From Eledone cirrhosa (taxonomy: Eukaryota): a DNA stretch of 64,000 bases. The first letter of the stretch is position 1, and each line of letters starts with the position of its first letter. A program made the position numbers and the translations under genes. Below are positions 13,695-26,580 of this stretch, in pieces. The notes under the pieces were generated by a model that worked only from the letters and a program-made list of their open reading frames with translations, was not told where the DNA came from and ran no database searches. The DNA is taken from NCBI GenBank assembly GCA_964016885.1, contig OZ024744.1:93496001-93560000 (forward strand), read 5' to 3'.

Positions 13695-14339
13695 TTAAAT
13701 GATGATGAAGATGTTGATGACGATTATGATGTTTCACTAATCTCAATGTTTGACTAATTGTTTGCTAAATATATATATGTATTTCATATTATATAAAGGG
13801 TTGTGCACATATTTCATATTATATAAAGACTTCTGTACATATTTCATATTATATAAAGGCTTGTGTACATATTTCATATTATATAAAGACTTCTGTACAT
13901 ATTTCATATTATATAAAGGCTTGTGTACATATTTCATATTATATAAAGACTTCTGTACATATTTCATATTATATAAAGGGTTGTGTACATATTTCATATT
14001 ATTTAAAGGCTTATGTACATATTTCATATTATATAAAGACTTCTGTACATATTTCATATTATATAAAGGGTTGTGCACATATTTCATATTATATAAAGAC
14101 TTCTGTACATATTTCATATTATATAAATGGTTGTGTACATATTTCATATTATATAAAGGCTTGTGTACATATTTCATATTATATAAAGACTTCTGTACAT
14201 ATTTCATATTATATAAAGAAAATCCCGTCGAGGTTAACTTTGCCTTTCATCCTTACGGGGTCGATAAAATAAAGTACCAGTAATGTACTGTTTAATTGCT
14301 GGCCTTGTGCCAAAAGTAGAAACAACTATTTTAATAACC

Positions 14340-14797
14340 TGTCATTTTCGTTTACAATTTTATTTACATCATTCTTAAACTCCGGGGCTGGAAATCATTC
14401 GGTTATTTTAAATAGAATATTAGTCTAACTACTCCATTTTCACCATAAACTTGGTCTTGTACTTGCATGAAATTGTTCTTCTCGGTCCACCGCGTCGTTT
14501 ATACGTAACATAAATAGATAAGCAAATGACGCCATAAAAGGGAAATAACTCGTCTCTCATCTCTATTTATACATTTGAACTGAAAAATCAATACATTACA
14601 AATTCGATTTTTACACTTGGCGTGGGTCGATTTGAAAATTTATTTGACCGATGGTTCCGCCGGACCTTCATCTATAAGTGTAGCAATTTCACCGAAATTT
14701 GAACTTACGGTTTAAGAGGAGATGTGTGCCGAAGGTTTTAGTAGACAGACAGACAACCTAGTAGACAGACAGACAACCTCAGTTTTATATATATAGA
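14340..14797 (-). mobile_element. 5' part of a diverged non-autonomous Helitron
   Basis: Minus strand starts TCTATATATATAAAACTGAGGTTGTCTGTCTGTCT at 14797; partly similar to the neighbouring family; left boundary uncertain. Confidence 0.6.
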
Positions 14798-15850
14798 CTA
14801 GCAGTAAAGCCCGGCGTTGCTCGGGGTCGCTCAGTAGCTGTGTTAAAGTTACAATGTTAAGTTTCTTTTTTGGCTTAAAAACTGTAGTGTCAACTGTGCA
14901 GACTTGCATGTGGTGTTTTTGATTAATATTCCCTCAACCAACAATATGCCTTATGAAGTTAAGAAAACATAACGATAACCCGAATGTTATAACAAAAGAG
15001 GATGCTGGGGATAAAAACTGCACTGGTTATTTATTAACAAAGATCGAAAATGTAAACACTGCAACGCAGAGAAAATCATTAGCGTAACCAAATTATCAGT
15101 TATGTCTGTCTGCACGCCTATATCACCTCTCTGCACGACTGTCTGTCTGCACGCCTATATCACCTCTCTGCACGACTGTCTGTCTGCACGCCTATATCAC
15201 CTCTCTGCACGACTGTCTGTCTGCACGCCTATATCACCTCTCTGCACGACCGTCTGTCTGCACGACTGTCTGTCTGCACGACTGTCTGTCTGCACGCCTA
15301 ACGAAATTTACAGATACATATATTTTAAATAAACTTATATAATTTTTGCTTTTTTTTACGAAATATTTGCTTGTTTTACGTAGTCTTTAAATAGACTTGT
15401 TTTCAAGTAAAAATATTGTTTTAAAAGGCTTTTAAATGGAAATGAAGCAAAACGGAAGCTTAGTGTTCGAACTGATGAATTTTGCAGGTCAAAATTTTGC
15501 TGGCTCGACAACTGTTCGTGTATTGTGTTAATGTCATTTTAAACGCTGAGAAAGCCAGCGTAATTTTTTTAATTTTTGCACGCAGAAAATGTAAAGAGAA
15601 CGTAAGACGCTACGCTGAATGTAAACAGAACAAAGGGAAATAACTGATCACTTACGCTCAAAAATCGATACATTATATTCGATTTCGTCAGATAGGGCGG
15701 GTCAATTTGAAATATTTTTTTTCCGATGTCTTCGCTAGGGCTCAATGTACAAGTATAGCAATTTCGATGCAATTCCGTGAGAGATTCTAAGAGGAGATGT
15801 GTGCCAAAAATCGATAGACAGACAGACAACCTCAGTTTTATATATATAGA
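14798..15850 (-). mobile_element. Non-autonomous Helitron
   Basis: 5' TC at 15850, 3' hairpin CCCGAGCAACGCCGGG followed by CTAG at 14798-14801; internal 37-bp tandem expansion at about 15102-15300. Confidence 0.88.
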
Positions 15851-16002
15851 TAGATTATATAAAGACTTCTGTACATATTTCATATTATATAAAGGGTTGT
15901 GTACATATTTCATATTATTTAAAGGCTTGTGTACATATTTCATATTATATAAAGACTTCTGTACATATTTCATATTATATAAAGACTTCTGTACATATTT
16001 CA

Positions 16003-16818
16003 TCTATATATATAAAACTGTGGTTGTCTGTCTGTCTATCGATTTTTGGCACACATCTCCTCTTAGAATCTCTCACGGAATTGCACTGAAATTGCTATAC
16101 TTGTACATTGAGCCCTAGCGAAGACATCGGAAAAAAAATATTTCAAATTGACCCACCCTATGTGACGAAATCGAATATAATGTATCGATTTTTGAGCGTA
16201 AGTTATCAGTTATTTCCCTTTGTTCTGTTTACATTGAGCGTCTTACGTAAAAAATTACGCTGGCTTTCTCAGCGTTTAAAATGACATTAACACAATACAC
16301 GAACAGTTGTCGAGCCAGCAAAATTTTGACCTGCAAAATTCATCAGTTCGAACACTAAGCTTCCGTTTTGCTTCATTTCCAATTAAAAGCATTTTAAAAC
16401 AATATTTTTACTTGAAAACAAGTCTATTTAAAGACTACGTAAAACAAGCAAATATTTCAGGCGTGCAGACAGACAGTCGTGCAGAGAGGTGATATAGGCG
16501 TGCAGACAGACATAACTGATAATTTGGTTACGCTAATGTTTTTCTCTGCGTTGCAGTGTTTACATTTTCGATCTTTGTTAATAAATAACCAGTGCAGTTT
16601 TTATCCCCAGCATCCTCTTTTGTTATAACATTCGGGTTATCGTTATGTTTTCTTAACTTCATAAGGCATATTGTTGGTTGAGGGAATATTAATCAAAAAC
16701 ACCACATGCAAGTCTGCACAGTAGACATTACAGTTTTTAAGCCAAAAAAGAAACTTAACATTGTAACTTTAACACAGCTACTGAGCGACCCCCGAGCAAC
16801 GCCGGGCTTTACTGCTAG
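16003..16818 (+). mobile_element. Non-autonomous Helitron
   Basis: A|TCTATATATATAAAACTG ... CCCGAGCAACGCCGGGCTTTACTGCTAG|T: TC and CTAG ends, subterminal hairpin, A|T target, no TSD. Confidence 0.9.
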
Positions 16819-16841
16819 TATTATATAAAGGCTTGTGTACA

Positions 16842-17651
16842 TCTATATATATAAAACTGGTTGTCTGTCTGTCTATCGATTTTTGGCACACATCTCCTCT
16901 TAGAATCTCTCATGGAATTGCACCGAAATTGCTATACTTGTACATTGAGCCCTAGCGAAGACATCGGAAAAAAAATATTTCAAATTGACCCACCCTATGT
17001 GACGAAATCGAATATAATGTATCGATTTTTGAGCGTAAGTTATCAGTTATTTCCCTTTGTTCTGTTTACATTGAGCGTCTTACGTAAAAAAATTACGCTG
17101 GCTTTCTCAGCGTTTAAAATGACATTAACACAATACACGAACAGTTGTCGAGCCAGCAAAATATTGACCTGCAAAATTCATCAGTTCGAACACTAAGCTT
17201 CCGTTTTGCTTCATTTCCATTTAAAAGCATTTTAAAACAATATTTTTACTTGAAAACAAGTCTATTTAAAGACTACGTAAAACAAGCAAATATTTCAGGC
17301 GTGCAGACAGTCGTGCAGAGAGGTGATATAGGCGTGCAGACAGACATAACTGATAATTTGGTTACGCTAATGTTTTTCTCTGCGTTGCAGTGTTTACATT
17401 TTCGATCTTTGTTAATAAATAACCAGTGCAGTTTTTATCCCCAGCATCCTCTTTTGTTATAACATTCGGGTTATCGTTATGTTTTCTTAACTTCATAAGG
17501 CATATTGTTGGTTGAGGGAATATTAATCAAAAACACCACATGCAAGTCTGCACAGTAGACATTACAGTTTTTAAGCCAAAAAAGAAACTTAACATTGTAA
17601 CTTTAACATAGCTACTGAGCGACCCCGAGCAACGCCGGGCTTTACTGCTAG
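16842..17651 (+). mobile_element. Non-autonomous Helitron (near-identical tandem copy)
   Basis: Same termini and body as 16003-16818; the two are separated by only 23 bp of minisatellite. Confidence 0.9.
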
Positions 17652-18749
17652 TATTATATAAAGGCTTGTGTACATATTTCATATTATATAAAGACTTCTG
17701 TACATATTTCATATTATATAAAGACTTCTGTACATATTTCATATTATATAAAGGCTTGTGTACATATTTCATATTATATAAAGGCTTGTGTACATATTTC
17801 ATATTATATAAACACTTCTGTACATATTTCATATTATATAAAAGGTTGTGTACATATTTCATATTATATAAAGACTTCTGTGCATATTTCATATTATATA
17901 AAGGGTTGTGTACATATTTCATATTATATAAAGGCTTGTGTACATATTTCATATTTATAAAGGGTTGTTTACATATTTCATATTTATAAAGGGTTGTGTA
18001 CATATTTCATATTTATAAAGGGTTGTGTACATATTTCATATTATATAAAGGCTTGAGTACATATTTCATATTATATAAAGACTTCTGTACATATTTCATA
18101 TTATATAAAGGCTTGTGTACATATTTCATATTATATAAACACTTCTGTACATATTTCATATTTATAAAGGGTTGTGTACATATTTCATATTATATAAAAG
18201 GTTGTGTACATATTTCATATTATATAAAGACTTCTGTACATATTTCATATTATATAAAGGGTTGTGTACATATTTCATATTATATAAAGGCTTGTGTACA
18301 TATTTCATATTTATAAAGGGTTGTGTACATATTTCATATTATATAAAGGCTTGAGTACATATTTCATATTATATAAAGACTTCTGTACATATTTCATATT
18401 ATATAAAGGCTTGAGTACATATTTCATATTATATAAAGGCTTGAGTACATATTTCATATTATATAAAGACTTCTGTACATATTTCATATTATATAAAGGC
18501 TTGTGTACATATTTCATATTATATAAAGACTTCTGTACATATTTCATATTATATAAAGGCTTGTGTACATATTTCATATTATATAAAGGGTTGTGTACAT
18601 ATTTCATATTATATAAAGACTTCTGTACATATTTCATATTATATAAAGGCTTGTGTACATATTTCATATTATATAAAGGCTTGTGTACGTATTTTATATT
18701 ATGCTAGCAGAATGGCCCGGCGTTGTTCCGAATTTGCTCTAGGGTTCTT

Positions 18750-21700
18750 ATCATCATCATCATCATCATTTTACGTCCGCTCTTCCCTGCTTGCAAGGGT
18801 TGGACCGGTCTTATTCAGTACAGCATCGCTCCACTTGTCACGGTCCTTCGTCCTCTCCGCCGTGAGCTTCAGCGATCTGAGGTCTGTTCTCACCACCTCC
18901 GCCCATGTTTTTCGTGGTCTACCTCTACCACGTCTTCCTTCAACTGGCATTTCCTGGCACTTCTTTACCCATCGGTCATCCTCCATGCGCATCACATGTC
19001 CATACCACCTCAGTCTCCTCTCTCGCCCACTACATTCTATCCCTCTCAGACACAGTTTCTCTCTCAACACACTCATGCTGGGTCGTTCACGCACATTGGC
19101 ACTGCACATCCAACGGAGCATGCTTGTCTCATTTCTCTCCAGCCGTCACATACCCGCTGCTGCCCATGTCTCACTACCATGCAACATCACACTCCTCACA
19201 CAGGCATCATATAACCGGCCTTTCGTACGCAGGGAGAAACCCTTCGTCAGCAGAGGAAGCAGCAGCCTAAACTTCTTCCAACCCATCCTTATTCTAGATA
19301 CTATGGCCTCGGAACACCCCCCTCCCATGCTAATCTGATCTCCTAGGTACTGGAAGCTATCCACCACTTCTATAACACCTGCCTGCATTTGAAAAATGTG
19401 TCTATCAATGCTACTTCTACTGTCTAATTTCCCTGTACATCTACTGCATACATATTTCTCCCTACCTGTTAGTTTGTCTGCTATCCCATTACATCTCTTG
19501 TGTACCCAGGATCTGCATTGTGTGCATTTTATAGAATTTATGCCAGTTCCTTTTCTGCATATCGAACATGGCCATTTCCCTGACGGAATCAGAGTTTTGT
19601 TCTCTTTTCTACTCATCAACACTTTTGTCTTAGCTAGGTTCACTCTCAGTCCTCTTGCTTCCAACTGCTGTTTCCATAGCCAGAATTTATTCTCTAGCTC
19701 CTCTACTGGTTCTGCTATAAGAACCAGGTCATCAACATAGAGAAGTTCCCATGGACAGCCAGTCTTAAACTCCTCTGTTATGGCTTGGAGGACTATAATG
19801 AACAAGAGCGGGCTGAGGACCGAACCTTGATGTACTCCTACTTGTATCTGGAATTCCTCACTAAACTCCATTCCTACCCTGACTTTACTGACAGTACCTC
19901 TGTACAAAGTTTGCACTGTCCTCACAAGCCATTCCTCAATACCTAGTTTCCTTAGGGACCACCAGATGACAGATCGGGGTACCCTATCAACGGCCTTCTC
20001 TAGGTCAACAAAGGCTAAGTATAGTGGATTATTTTTCTCTAAGAACCTCTCTTCCAATTGTCTCACCAAGCAGAGGGCATCTGTTGTACTTTTGCCAGGC
20101 ACAAAACCAAACTGCATCTCATCTAGTTTGACCCTTTCTCTAATTAGTTGTGCTAATATCCTTTCTGCCACTTTCATAACCTGATCCATCAGTTTTATAC
20201 CCCTATAATTGCTTCTCTCCAGAGCATCTCCTTTACCTTTGTAGCAATTTATGAAAATACTGCTGCACCAGTCTTTGGGTATGACATCACCATGTATAGC
20301 CTGATTGATGATGCGTGCAACCAGCTTTGTGCCTACGTCCCCTGATGCCTTCAGCATCTCAGCAACTATTCCCGATGGTCCAGCAGCCTTACCATTTTTC
20401 ATTTCCTTAACCGCCTCTTGGACCCTATATCCGTCAATCTCACTAGCTGGTCCCTCTGTCAGATCTACTGAGGGTAATTTCTCTCTCTCTCATTCGTTCT
20501 CCACATTCATCAGTCTCTCATAATGACACTTCCAGGCCTCCTTTTTCTGATCATTCGTGACACTAAGTACACCGGCATCGTTCCGGACACATTTATCTCC
20601 AACAACATCCTGATTTGCATTGACACACTGCCTTGCAATGTGGAACACTGCACGCCTCTGATCTTCCCGCGCAGAACATTGGCAAACCTCCTACTCTCAG
20701 CCTCCCTGCGTGCTAAGTACACCTGACGTCTAGCTTCTCTCTTAGCGGCTGTATATTCTTTACTCCCACCCTTTTTCCAAGCCTTCCATGCTAGTCTTTT
20801 GTCTCTAATGGCCTTATCTACTGAGCTGTTTCACCACCAGGTCACTCTCTGTCTGGTTGGAGCTCTGCTCCAGCCACAAGTTTCATCAGTAGCCTGCAGT
20901 AAGTTGTCACATAAGAAATTCCAGTTATTATCTGTCATACGTCTCTAAATCGTCTTCTTTTTCCTCATACACATCTTGAAGGGCTTTCCTAAATTTGTAT
21001 TTTAGTGAAAGGTCTTTTAGCTTCCAGACCTTTCTCTCCACACCTTCCTGTATATCTCATTTCATCTCTTGCTTACTGAGATATCACTAACGACTAACCT
21101 ATGCTTTGGGTATGCCTTGGTATTAGACACTATCTGCCTAACTAGTAAGAAGTCAATCTGGCTTATGTGCTCGCCAGATTTGTAGGTTATTAGGTGGTTG
21201 GCAGGTTTCTGGAAGTTTGTGTTGCAAATAGTCAATGTACTTGCATCACAAAATTCAAGAAGTCTCACTCCTTCATTTCTTGAGCCGTAACCGTGCCCAC
21301 CATGTACCCCAGTGTAACCATCCTGGAGCTGTCCAACATGATCATTGAAGTCTCCTGCTAGCATAACGATGTCTCCATCCTCTGTCATTGCGGTTGTTTG
21401 TAAAAGTTGCTCGTAAAAGCAGTCTTTCTCTTCTTTACCTAGGCCTGCCTGGGGAGCATAGGCAGAAATGATTGTCAGTAGTCTCCTGCCTACAACTAAT
21501 CTAAGCTTAATTATTTGATTACTAACTCGAACTACCTCTATTGTCTTATTGATCCATCTCTCAGCCAGGAAAATGCCTACTCCCCCTAACCCATCATCCT
21601 TACCTACCCAGAAAAGCTTATAGCTAAGATGTTTGCCTACGACTAGTCTCGCAGAGGCACCTCTCCATCTCACCTCTTGCACTCAGCACACATCCACATG

Positions 21701-21930
21701 CCTTCTCTCCAGCATCTCAGCTATTCCAGCAGATCTACCTGTGAGAGTGCCAACATTAAGTGTTGCAACTCTGAGATGCGACGTCTTCATATTTTTGTTG
21801 TTCCTATATATTTGTTGCTGTGCTGATAATCGTTTTGGCATTGATACACTGGTTGGATGCCCTTCCTAACACCAGCGCTACTTTACAGCATGGACTGGGT
21901 GCTTTTATTTGTCCCACCAGCACTAGAGAG
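18750..21930 (-). mobile_element. Near full-length RTE/BovB-type LINE (family A), disrupted
   Basis: ATG at 21790 (MKTSHLRVATLNVGTLTG); APE endonuclease motifs (QEVRW, SAYAPQ, AGDFNDH, SQIDF); RT motifs (QFGF, FVDLEKA, GVHQGSVLSP, YVDD, FQYLG) with a PHD insert; (GAT)n tail at 18750; stops and frameshifts split the ORF. Confidence 0.95.
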
Positions 21931-22550
21931 GATGTCTTACTAGACTCAAGGGCCCTCTCCACCCCTCCATTTTACAGCATGGTCATAAACAAAAAAAAAC
22001 CACTTATTGACACACACACGCACACACACACACACACTCACACACACCACTCACACACCAACACTCATGCATACACACACCACTCACATACATACATATA
22101 TATATATATTACCAGCAGTACTGATAAAAAATCAAAATCATGTCAACTGTTGACTTTTCCAAGTCCAGTTCAGTTTTTATATAATAATAATTGTTTGCTT
22201 TATGCTGGTGATGGTGGTTGGTGACTGGCGATGGTTGTGGTGGGAGATGGTCAGTGGTAGTAGTGGTGGTGGTGAAGGTGGTGGATGGTCTCAGTGATGG
22301 TGGTGATGGCAGTGGTGGTGGATGGTGCCAGTGATGGTGGTGGTGGTGGATGGTACCAGTGATGGTGGTGGTGGTGAAGGTGGAGGATGGTGATGGTGGT
22401 GGATGGAGTCAGTGATGGTGGTGGCAGTTGTTGTTGATATATATATATTTGATATATATTTATCCTTATTGAGCCTCGTGAAATAAATATGTTTGTTTAT
22501 ATTTTGTATGTAAAAATATCTGTACACGAATATATAATTATATATATATA

Positions 22551-24245
22551 GAGAGGTATAAAGCTGATGGACCAGGTCATGAAAGTAACAGAAAGAGTTA
22601 TAGCACAGTTGATTAGGGACCGGGTGAAACTAGATGAGATGCAATTTGGGTTTGTACCAGGAAGAGACACCACTGATGCCCTCTTCCTTGTGAGGCAGTT
22701 ACAGGAAAAGTACCTAGTTAAAAGTAAGCCACTCTACCTGGCATTCGTTGATCTCGAGAAAGCCTTTGACAGAGTTCCACGTGCTGTAGGAGTAGATGAA
22801 TGGCTTGTGAAAGCTGTACAAACCATGTATAGGGGTAGCAGTCAGCAAAGTTAGGATTAGCAATGAGTATAGCGAGGAATTTAGCGTACAGGTTGGGGTC
22901 CACCAGGGCTCTGTTCTTAGCCCTCTCCTGTTCATCATAGTCCTGCAGGCAATAACGGAGGAGTTTAAGACCAAATGCCCATGGGAATTCCTGTATGCTG
23001 ATGACCTCGCACTTATAGCTGAATCTATGGTAGAACTAGAGAAGAAATTCCAAACTTGGAAGCAGGGACTAGAAAGAAAGGGTCTCAAAGTCAACATGAC
23101 AAAGACTAAGGTCCTTGTAAGTAGACGAGAAAACAGAACCCAGATCCCCCCAGGGAAATAGCCTTGCTCAGTATGTAGGAAAGGTGTAGGTAGGAACTCC
23201 ATTCTCTGCCCCAAATGCAAACACTGGGTACACAAGAGATGTAGCGGGATCTCAGGAAGCTTAATTAAGAATGTAGGCTTCACATGCAGCAGCTGTGCTG
23301 GGACAGCAAGCAGCAAACAGCCACAGGAAACAAGTACCATCAATCTCTGGGAGGGCTCTGTAGAGACAGTAGACAGCTTCTGCTACCTAGGTGACCGAAT
23401 TAGCAGCGGAGGTGGGTGTTCAGAAAGTACAATAACTAGGGTAAGAACGGGATGGAAGAAGTTCAGGGAACTACTGCTAGCTGCAAAAGGCTTCTCCCTC
23501 AAAATGAAAGGCAGACTGTATGATGCGTGTATCCGAACAGCAATGTTACATGGTAGTGAGACATGGGCGCTGAAGGTGGAAGACTTACGTAGATTAGAGA
23601 GAAACGAAGCCTGCATGCTCTGATGGATGTGTAATAGTAATATACGCGACCGACAAAGCATAAATGAATTGAGAGAGAGACTGAGCATAAGAGGAATCAA
23701 ATACTGTGTGCAGGAGAGGCGGTTGCGTTGGTATGGACATGTGATGCATATGAAGGATGACAGCTGCATAAAAAGGTGGAGAGCACTAGAAGTCGATGGA
23801 AACCGCGGAGTGGTGAGACCCAAGATGACCTGGGATGAGGTGATAAAAGCCGACCTTACCCAATTACACCTCTCCAAGGTGATGACACACGACTGTGACC
23901 TCTGGCGTCACAAAGTAATACAGAGTACCCGACCTCCCATGGGTACAAGCTGAAGCATATAGACAATATGCCCCCACACCCTCCCACTGCAAGGTGGTCG
24001 TGGAGATGCCACGGCAAAAAAGCACCCAGCCCACACTGTAAAGTGGACGTGTAGGCGCCACGAAAAAGCACCCAGCACTCACTGTAAATGAGGTTGGTGT
24101 TAGGAAGGGCATCCAGCTGTAGAAATCAAGCCAAATCAGTTCCTGTATGAGCAAGGCATGGTCAGCTGACCAGACACTGCCCACAACAGGACAACCCGTC
24201 TAACCCATGCTAGCATGGAAGAACGGACGTAAAACGATGATGATG
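22551..24245 (+). mobile_element. 5'-truncated RTE LINE (family B), frameshifted
   Basis: RGIKLMDQVMKV...FVDLEKAFDRVPR, YADD, PHD insert, RLRWYGHV; 3' UTR and (GAT)n tail; flanked by (TA)n. Confidence 0.93.
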
Positions 24246-24289
24246 ATATATATATATATATATATATATAAGTTGATGTTTGTTGTATT

Positions 24290-25020
24290 CAAGAGACTAG
24301 GTGGAGAGGTGGGTCTGCCAGATTCATCGTGGGTAAAAAAACGATGCTATAAACTTTTCTGGGTGAGAAATGACAACGGACAGGGTGGTGTAGGAATTAT
24401 GTTAGCAGAAAAATGGGTAGATAAGGTAATTGATGTAAATAGAGTGAATGACAGAATAATTAAAATAAGGCTAGTTATAAATAAAACTACTGTGACAATA
24501 ATATCTGCTTATGCACCCCAATCTGGTCTACCTGACGTTATAAAGGACAGGTTCTATGAGACGCTAGTGCACTCTACCTCCCAAATAACCGACAGCGACT
24601 ACTTAATTATTGCTGGCGATCTAAACGGCCACATTGGACAACATAGTGATGGCTATGATGGAATCCATGGAGGCTATGGGGTTGGAAATAGAAATGAGGA
24701 AGGCTTCAGAATCCTGGAATTCTGTGACGCCAATAACCTAACTATCTGTAACACAAACTTCAAAAAACGTGAAAACCACTTGATCACTTATAGATCAGGG
24801 GAACACGCCAGCCAGATAAATTATATCCTTACTAGAAGACGGGACAAAGTGTCTGTTGTAAACACTAAATCCCTCCCCCGTGAAGAATGCACCTCCCAAC
24901 ATAGCATAGTAACTAGTGACCTCATAGTCAGGAATAGACATACTTGACGACAGAGGAGGCCTACCTTGAGGAGAAGGATATTGAAGTTGAAGGACCCCAT
25001 AGCCAGTGACAAATTTAAAA
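24290..25020 (+). mobile_element. RTE APE-endonuclease fragment
   Basis: ORF 24207-24947: GVGIML, SAYAPQ, AGDLNGH, LEFCDANNLTICNTNF, SQINY, SQH. Confidence 0.88.
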
Positions 25021-26580
25021 GCTAAAAGTAAGCCACTCTACTTGGCATTTGTCGACCTTGAGAAAGCCTTTGACAGAGTTCCACGTGCAGTAATCTGGTG
25101 GGCTCTTAGAAAACTAGTAGATGAATGGCTTGTGAAAGCGGTGCAAGCCATGTATAGGGGAGCAGTCAGCAAAGTTAGGATTAGCAATGAGTATAGCGAG
25201 GAATTTAGCGTACAGGTTGGGGTCCACCAGGGCTCTGTTCTTAGCCCTCTCCTGTTCATCATAGTCCTGCAGGCAATAACGGAGGAGTTTAAGACCGGAT
25301 GCCTATGGGAACTCCTGTATGCTGATGACCTCGCACTCATAGCTGAATCTATGGTAGAACTAGAGAAGAAATTCCAAACCTGGAAGCAGGGACTAGAGAG
25401 AAAGGGCCTCAAAGTCAACATGACAAAGACTAAGGTCCTTGTAAGTAGACTAGAAAACAGAACCCAGATCCCCTCAGGGAAATGGCCTTGCTCAGTATGT
25501 AGGAAAGGTGTAGGTAGGAACTCCATTCTCTGCCCCAAATGCAAACAATGGGTACACAAGAGATGTAGCGGGATCTCAGGAAGCTTAATTAAGAATGTAG
25601 GCTTCACATGCAGCAACTGTGCTGAGACAGCAAGCAGCAAACAGCCACAGGAAACAAGTACCACCAATCTGTGGGAGGGCCCTGTAGAAACAGTAGACAG
25701 CTTCTGCTACCTAGGTGACCGAATTAGCAACGGAGGTGGGTGCTCAGAAAGTACAATAACTAGGGTAAGAACGGGATGGAAGAAGTTTAGGGAACTACTA
25801 CCACTGCTAGCTGCAAAAGGCTTCTCCCTCAGAATGAAAGGCAGACTGTATGATGCGTGTATCCGAACAGCGATGTTGCATGGTAGTGAGACCTGGGCGC
25901 TGAAGGTGGAAGACTTACGTCGATTAGAGAGAAACGAAGCCTGCATGCTCCGATGGATGTGTAACAGTAATATACGTGAACGACAAAGCATAAAGGAATT
26001 GAGAGAGAGACTGAGCATAAGAGGAATCAAATGCTGCGTGCAGGAGAGGCGGTTACGCTGGTATGGACATGTGATGCGTATGAAGGATGACAGCTGCATA
26101 AAAAGGTGCAGAGCACTACAAGTTGATGGAAACCGGAGTGGGGAGACCCAAGATGACTTGGGATGAGGTGATAAAAGCCGACCTTACCCAACTACACCTC
26201 TCAAAGACAATGACACACGACCGTGACTTCTGGCGTCACACAGTAATACAAGGTATCCGACCTCCCATGGGTACATGCTGAAGCATATAAACAATATGCC
26301 CCCACTCCCCCCCACCGCAAGGTGGTCGTGGAGGTGCCACGGCAAAAAAAATCACTCAGCCCACACTGTAAAGTGGACGTGTAGGCGCCACGAAAAAGCA
26401 CCCAGCACTCACTGTAAATGAGGTTGGTGTTAGGAAGGGCATCCAGCTGTAGAAATCAAGCCAGATCAGTTCCTGTATGAGCAAGGCATGGTCAGCCGAC
26501 CAGACACTGCCCACAACAGGACAACCCGTCTAACCCATGCTAGCGTGGAAGAACGGACGTAAAACGATGATGATGATGAT
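25021..26580 (+). mobile_element. RTE LINE (family B) RT region and 3' UTR
   Basis: ORF 25006-26166 with FVDLEKAFD, GVHQGSVLSP, YADD, PHD, FCYLG; highly similar to 22551-24245; (GAT)n tail. Confidence 0.93.

Larger units (their letters stand above)
13780..18702. repeat. 30-bp AT-rich minisatellite interrupted by Helitrons and a SINE fragment
   Basis: Unit TACATATTTCATATTATATAAAG(GC/AC/GG)TT(G/C)TG in blocks at 13780-14217, 15855-16002, 16819-16841 and 17652-18702. Confidence 0.95.

Noticed and set aside
13743-18707. MKYVQKSLYN / CTYFILYKGL repeat proteins
   Set aside because: Translations of the 30-bp minisatellite, which is interrupted by Helitrons.
22215-22435. His/Pro/Thr-rich ORF region
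   Set aside because: Degenerate (GGT/GAT)n low-complexity tract.
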